Shown here in pieces: positions 59,797 through 64,000 of a stretch of DNA of 64,000 nt. This stretch comes from Terriglobia bacterium. GTDB taxonomy: Bacteria; Acidobacteriota; Terriglobia; Bryobacterales; Bryobacteraceae. The notes below the pieces were generated by a model that ran no database searches, was not told where the DNA came from, and saw nothing but the letters and a program-made list of their open reading frames with translations. A program made the position numbers and the translations under genes. The stretch is from NCBI GenBank assembly GCA_025363475.1, contig JANYDS010000095.1:25236-89235 (forward strand), written 5' to 3'. Every line of letters begins with the position of its first letter. The first letter of the stretch is position 1.

Positions 59797-60390
59797 TTAC
59801 AAGCTCACGAAGTTGCGGACGATGGCGAGACCGAGGGGTCCGGATTTTTCGGGATGGCACTGCACACCGAATGTATTGCCCGATTCGAGGATGGCGGTGC
59901 AGGGCACTGAGTAAGTACAGATAGCGGCAGTCTGTTCGACTACCGGGACATAGTAACTGTGGGCGAAGTAGAGGAATGGACTCCCGGGAAGGCCGGCGAG
60001 AAGTTTCGATGTTTTGACAGGAGTAACGTTGTTCCAGCCCATATGGGGCACGCGGGCGGTGTCGTCAAAGCGCTGGACTTCACCGGGAAAAATGCCCAGG
60101 CCGCGCTGGCCGGGGGCTTCGGGACTGCTTTCGAACAGGCCCTGCAGACCGAGGCAGATACCGAGGAACGGGACGTCTTTACGTATCTGGCTGATGAGGG
60201 CATCGCGGACCTGCATTTCATCGAGCGAGCGCAGCATCTGGCCGAAATGGCCGACGCCGGGCAGGATGATTTTGGTGGCGCGTTCAAGGCCGGCGGCGTC
60301 GCGCACGAGTTCGTATTCAGCCCCGATTTCATCGAGCGTGTTCTGGACGGAACGGAGGTTGCCTGCACCGTAATCGAAGATTGTAATCAA
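59797..60390 (-). CDS. hisH: imidazole glycerol phosphate synthase glutaminase subunit HisH
   Basis: 197-aa class I amidotransferase with the GICLGLQ nucleophile motif and C-terminal QCHPEKS. Confidence 0.93.
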   Translation of the reverse strand: MITIFDYGAGNLRSVQNTLDEIGAEYELVRDAAGLERATKIILPGVGHFGQMLRSLDEMQVRDALISQIRKDVPFLGICLGLQGLFESSPEAPGQRGLGIFPGEVQRFDDTARVPHMGWNNVTPVKTSKLLAGLPGSPFLYFAHSYYVPVVEQTAAICTYSVPCTAILESGNTFGVQCHPEKSGPLGLAIVRNFVSL

Positions 60391-60977
60391 AGCAGGCCTT
60401 TGGTTGAGGGCAACTGGTCTTTCAGGCGCACGTCAGTGGAGCAGGCGTAGCGCATGGCACGTGCCCAGCACTTGAAGATGCCTTCGATCTTGTGGTGATT
60501 GGAGCGGCCGTAGAGAATCCTGGCGTGCAGATTCGCACCGGCATGGTGGACGAAACCATCAAAGAAATCGGTCATCAGTTCGGATTGCAAATCACCGACG
60601 AGACGGACTTTCACGAGGTCTTTATAAACGAGCGCCGGGCGTCCGCCGAGATCGACCGCAACTACGGCCAAGGTCTCATCCATGGGCAGGACGAAATAGC
60701 CCGCGCGGTTGATTCCCTTGCGATCCCCGAGTGCTTTGGAGAAGAGCTGACCCATGACGATGCCGACGTCTTCGACGGTGTGGTGCTGGTCGACATCGAG
60801 ATCACCTTTGGCGGTGAGCGTAAGGTCGAACCCGCCGTGTTTGGTGAAGAGTTCAAGCATGTGATCGAAGAAGCGGATGCCGGTGGAGATTTCGTAACGG
60901 CCTTTACCTTCGATGCGGAGCTCGCCGCCGATTTGGGTTTCTTTGGTGTCGCGCTGGATTTTAGCGGTTCTGGGCAA
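60387..60977 (-). CDS. hisB: imidazoleglycerol-phosphate dehydratase (monofunctional HisB)
   Basis: RDTKETQI...[12 protein letters not shown]...HHTVED motifs. The in-frame TTG at 60977 gives a normal-length product of about 196 aa. The track ORF extends to 61214, through the upstream gene. Confidence 0.92.
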   Translation of the reverse strand: MPRTAKIQRDTKETQIGGELRIEGKGRYEISTGIRFFDHMLELFTKHGGFDLTLTAKGDLDVDQHHTVEDVGIVMGQLFSKALGDRKGINRAGYFVLPMDETLAVVAVDLGGRPALVYKDLVKVRLVGDLQSELMTDFFDGFVHHAGANLHARILYGRSNHHKIEGIFKCWARAMRYACSTDVRLKDQLPSTKGLL

Positions 60978-61647
60978 TGACGGTCTCCAGGGAATTGATG
61001 TCGTCGAGAATGGCGGCTGCGCCTTCGCCGTGCAGGAGTGAGACGAGTTCGTCGTAGCGCGGATTGGCGCGGGCAGCGATGCCGATGAAGGGAACACCGG
61101 CCGCTTTGGAAGCGCGGGCATCATCGATGGTGTCGCCCGCGTACCAGCACTTTCCATGCGGGACGGTGGCGCAGATTTTGTTGAGGCCCTCGGGATTCGG
61201 CTTGAGGTGTTCAACGTCGTCAGAACCGACGATGGGCGAAAACAGGTCGCAGTTAAAACGGCTAAGGGTCAGTTTGGCTTCATCGCGCAGACGCCCGGTG
61301 AAGACCGCCAGTGTGTGGGTTTCGGACAGGCGTTCGAGGAGGCCCGGCTCGGCAAACCAGACTTCGCGTGAAATGAGGCCGTCGCCGAAATTGGGGCCGA
61401 GGAAGAGCGTCTGGAAGTATTCGACGACCTGGTTATAGGGGAGTTCGACGCCTTGTTTTTCGATCAGGGCGTGGGAGAGTTGCCAGTCGTCATTCCAGCC
61501 GCCGCGATTTTTCCAATCCTGAATTTCGGGACGAGTCGGCTCGTGGCCGGTGAAGTGTTTCACTGTCGCCTGGATGGTTGCGCGGTAGGATTCCGTGACT
61601 TCGACCAGAACGCCATCCATATCGAACACAATCAAATCCTTCACCAT
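60961..61647 (-). CDS. HAD-superfamily hydrolase embedded in the his operon
   Basis: 228-aa ORF with HAD motif I (FDMDGVL), motif II (VFTGR) and motif IV (GDTIDD). It overlaps hisC by 7 nt and hisB by 17 nt. Confidence 0.8.
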   Translation of the reverse strand: MVKDLIVFDMDGVLVEVTESYRATIQATVKHFTGHEPTRPEIQDWKNRGGWNDDWQLSHALIEKQGVELPYNQVVEYFQTLFLGPNFGDGLISREVWFAEPGLLERLSETHTLAVFTGRLRDEAKLTLSRFNCDLFSPIVGSDDVEHLKPNPEGLNKICATVPHGKCWYAGDTIDDARASKAAGVPFIGIAARANPRYDELVSLLHGEGAAAILDDINSLETVIAQNR

Positions 61648-62690
61648 ATGCGCTCCAGTTCGTCAATTACTTGTTGCGCCTGCGCGCGTGTGCCTGCTGT
61701 GATGCGGACGCCACCGGGGATTTCGTAGCTGCGGTCACGCACCAGAATGGCTTTGTCGCTCAGGGCATCGCGGATTTCAACGGCACGAGGGCCGAAGTAG
61801 CCGAGGATGAAATTGGCGGCGCTGGGGGCGTAGCTAATGTGCAATTTTTCGAGGCCGGCGCGGATCAGTTCGCGAGCCGCGAGGGCTTCAGAAACGTAAT
61901 TGCGGGCGTAGTCCTGATCCTTTACGGCAGCTTCGGCAGCCAATGCTGCCAGAGTGTTGACGCTATACGGGGACTGGGCTTTATGCAGAAACGCGACATT
62001 CGCAGCCTGTGAGAAAAGACAGCCCATGCGCATGGCCGCCATGCCATACGTTTTGGAAAACGTGCGGCTTACAAAGAGGTTGGAATACTTCGTGATGAGC
62101 GGCAGCGCGGTGGTGCCGCAAAACTCGTAATAAGCTTCGTCGATCAGGATGGCGGCTTGTGGCGCGGCGTTCAGAATGGTTTCGATGGCTTCGAGCGAAA
62201 CCGGAGTGCCCGTGGGATTGTTGGGATGGGAAATAAGAATCGCTTTGGTGGCCGGTTTGATGGCTGCCAGCAGAGCTTCGAGGGGAAATTCAACCTTAGG
62301 GGGAATGAAGGGAACTTCGGTGATTTTGGCCCCGGCTACTTCCGCGTAAAAACGATACATGGCGTAAGACGGAATGAGGACGATGACTTCGTCGTTGTCA
62401 TCTATGTAGGTGTTGATGAGGACCTGAATGGCTTCGTCGGTGCCGTTGGTGAGCAGCATTTCGGCGGGCTCGACGTTGAAGAAACTGGAGAGCGTTCGCT
62501 TCACGCTCGTGTAGTCCGGGTAGACCGTGAGGCGTTCGGCGGTCAGATTTTCTTTCAGGAACTCGATGACTTTGGGGGAACAGCCGACGGTGTTCTCGTT
62601 AAAGTCGAGGCGCATTTTTTCGATGCGGTTGCCGGTGGGCGGCGAGTACGGGGCCATGTCTTGCACGGCTTGTCGCGGTTTAGGGGGCAA
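61641..62690 (-). CDS. hisC: histidinol-phosphate aminotransferase
   Basis: 349-aa class II aminotransferase with the PLP-lysine motif SRTFSKTYGMA. Confidence 0.92.
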   Translation of the reverse strand: MPPKPRQAVQDMAPYSPPTGNRIEKMRLDFNENTVGCSPKVIEFLKENLTAERLTVYPDYTSVKRTLSSFFNVEPAEMLLTNGTDEAIQVLINTYIDDNDEVIVLIPSYAMYRFYAEVAGAKITEVPFIPPKVEFPLEALLAAIKPATKAILISHPNNPTGTPVSLEAIETILNAAPQAAILIDEAYYEFCGTTALPLITKYSNLFVSRTFSKTYGMAAMRMGCLFSQAANVAFLHKAQSPYSVNTLAALAAEAAVKDQDYARNYVSEALAARELIRAGLEKLHISYAPSAANFILGYFGPRAVEIRDALSDKAILVRDRSYEIPGGVRITAGTRAQAQQVIDELERIW

Positions 62691-63909
62691 GGCGCACCTC
62701 TACACTGCGGGCGTGGGCTTCGAGGCCCTCGGCGCGGGCCAGGGTTGTGATGGCAGGGGCCAGTTTGGCTAACGATCTGGCATCCAGTTTCTGGACAGAA
62801 ATTACTTTGACGTAGTCGGCCGCGGAGAGACCTCCGCGCAGACGGGCGGCTCCGTTGGTGGGGAGCACGTGATTGGGTCCGGCGGCGTAATCGCCCGCGG
62901 CTTCGGGGCTGAATGGCCCGATGAAAACGCTGCCTGCGTGGCGGATTTTGGGGAGCAGTCCCTCGTGATGAATGCTGAGGTGTTCGGGGGCGAACTGATT
63001 GGATAGTTCCACCGCTTCATCGAGGTCACGAACGACGATGATGGCGCTGTTGTTGTCTATAGCTTTGCGCGCAACGGGCGCGGTGGGCAGCGTGAGCAAC
63101 TGGCGTTCGACTTCTTTCGCCACCTGAGCGGCGAGGCGTTTGGAAGTAGTGAGCAGGATGGCGCAGGCGTCGGTATCGTGTTCGGCCTGGGCGAGCATGT
63201 CCGCAGCGAGGAAGCGAGGGTCACCTTCGGAGGCGATGATGAGGATCTCAGTGGGGCCGGCGACGAAATCGATGCCAACATCGCCTGCCAGAAGTTTCTT
63301 GGCAGCGGCGACGTAGATGTTGCCGGGGCCGACGATGCGGTCTGCGCGGGGTACGGTTTTGGTGCCGAAGGCGAAGGCCGCAATGGCCTGTGCGCCACCC
63401 ATCTGAAACACGTGTTCGAGGCCGAGCAGGTGCGCGGTGCCGAAGACTTCATCCACTGCTTTGGGGCAGGCAATGCAGATGTTGGGAACGCCGGCGACCT
63501 GGGCGGGAACTGCCGTCATGATGACCGTGGAAGGCAGAGGATAACGGCCTGCGGGGATGTACGCACCAACCGTATCCAGCGGTCGAACGAGTTGGCCGAG
63601 CTGGTTCGCGAAGTATTCTTTCGGAAGCTGTTTTTGGGCGAAGGCGCGGACACGATCGGACGCGATTTTGACAGCGGAACGAAATTCCGGGGTGAGGCGT
63701 TTAGCGGCTGCGGCGAGTTCGGCTACGGGTACGCGAACGGATTTGCGTTCGAGGTTATCGAACTTACGGGCGTATTCGAGCAGGCCTTTATCGCCGCGTT
63801 TGCGAACGGCTTCGAGGATGGGGCGGACCGTGGCTTCGGCTTCTTCGAAACGCGCGGCGCGGCGGGAAAGCACGCGGCCCATGTCTTTGGAGTGAAGGAT
63901 TTTCAGCAT
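62680..63909 (-). CDS. hisD: histidinol dehydrogenase
   Basis: 409-aa ORF with AQAEHD and GPNHVLPT motifs. Confidence 0.95.
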   Translation of the reverse strand: MLKILHSKDMGRVLSRRAARFEEAEATVRPILEAVRKRGDKGLLEYARKFDNLERKSVRVPVAELAAAAKRLTPEFRSAVKIASDRVRAFAQKQLPKEYFANQLGQLVRPLDTVGAYIPAGRYPLPSTVIMTAVPAQVAGVPNICIACPKAVDEVFGTAHLLGLEHVFQMGGAQAIAAFAFGTKTVPRADRIVGPGNIYVAAAKKLLAGDVGIDFVAGPTEILIIASEGDPRFLAADMLAQAEHDTDACAILLTTSKRLAAQVAKEVERQLLTLPTAPVARKAIDNNSAIIVVRDLDEAVELSNQFAPEHLSIHHEGLLPKIRHAGSVFIGPFSPEAAGDYAAGPNHVLPTNGAARLRGGLSAADYVKVISVQKLDARSLAKLAPAITTLARAEGLEAHARSVEVRLAP

Positions 63910-63913
63910 CAGA

Positions 63914-64000
63914 TTACATCACGATCTTGTTGAGCGGATATTCCACGATGCCTTCGGCCCCGGCCTGTTTGAGGCGCGGAATGATGGTGCGAACCGTGGA
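63914..64000 (-). CDS. hisG: ATP phosphoribosyltransferase, C-terminal end (gene continues right of the window)
   Basis: 29 codons open to the window edge (STVRTIIPRLKQAGAEGIVEYPLNKIVM-stop) resemble the HisG C-terminus. It lies directly upstream of hisD. Confidence 0.7.
   Translation of the reverse strand, partial: STVRTIIPRLKQAGAEGIVEYPLNKIVM

Overview
64-kb, densely coding chromosomal window of roughly 58% GC (estimated by eye) with about 70 genes. The gene content looks like an Acidobacteriota-type soil bacterium, but that is inference from protein families only. Most of it is core genome: icd, thiC, rlmB, tRNA-Arg(ACG), rpmE, an ECF sigma module, pilD with two glycosyltransferases, an M50 protease, HU/IHF, clpC, pnuC, tpiA, deoB, miaA, hemY-hemE, the rimP-nusA-infB-DUF503-rbfA operon, motAB, glk, tsaE-nnr, lpxD, and a histidine operon hisG(partial)-D-C-HAD-B-H-F-A. 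Accessory content is small. It comprises two intact type II toxin-antitoxin pairs (higBA, vapBC), two decayed toxin fragments (a vapC tail, and a mazF-like tail next to tRNA-Arg), a subclass-B3-like metallo-beta-lactamase, and a class-A-like serine hydrolase. I saw no CRISPR array, IS element, integrase, prophage or recognisable multi-gene defence island, and I found no convincing evidence for a novel multi-gene system. The observations most worth a second look are: (1) a structured ~210-nt intergenic RNA candidate with its own promoter and terminator hairpin upstream of rpmE. (2) An MA-peptidase ORF and a TPR ORF in the same frame, separated by one TAA, with a perfect 14-bp tandem duplication and a G7 run at the junction. 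(3) A HAD hydrolase inside the his operon as a candidate for the missing histidinol-phosphatase. (4) Recurrent TATACT boxes almost abutting start codons, suggesting leaderless transcripts. Hand-derived coordinates for small motifs may be off by 1-2 nt.
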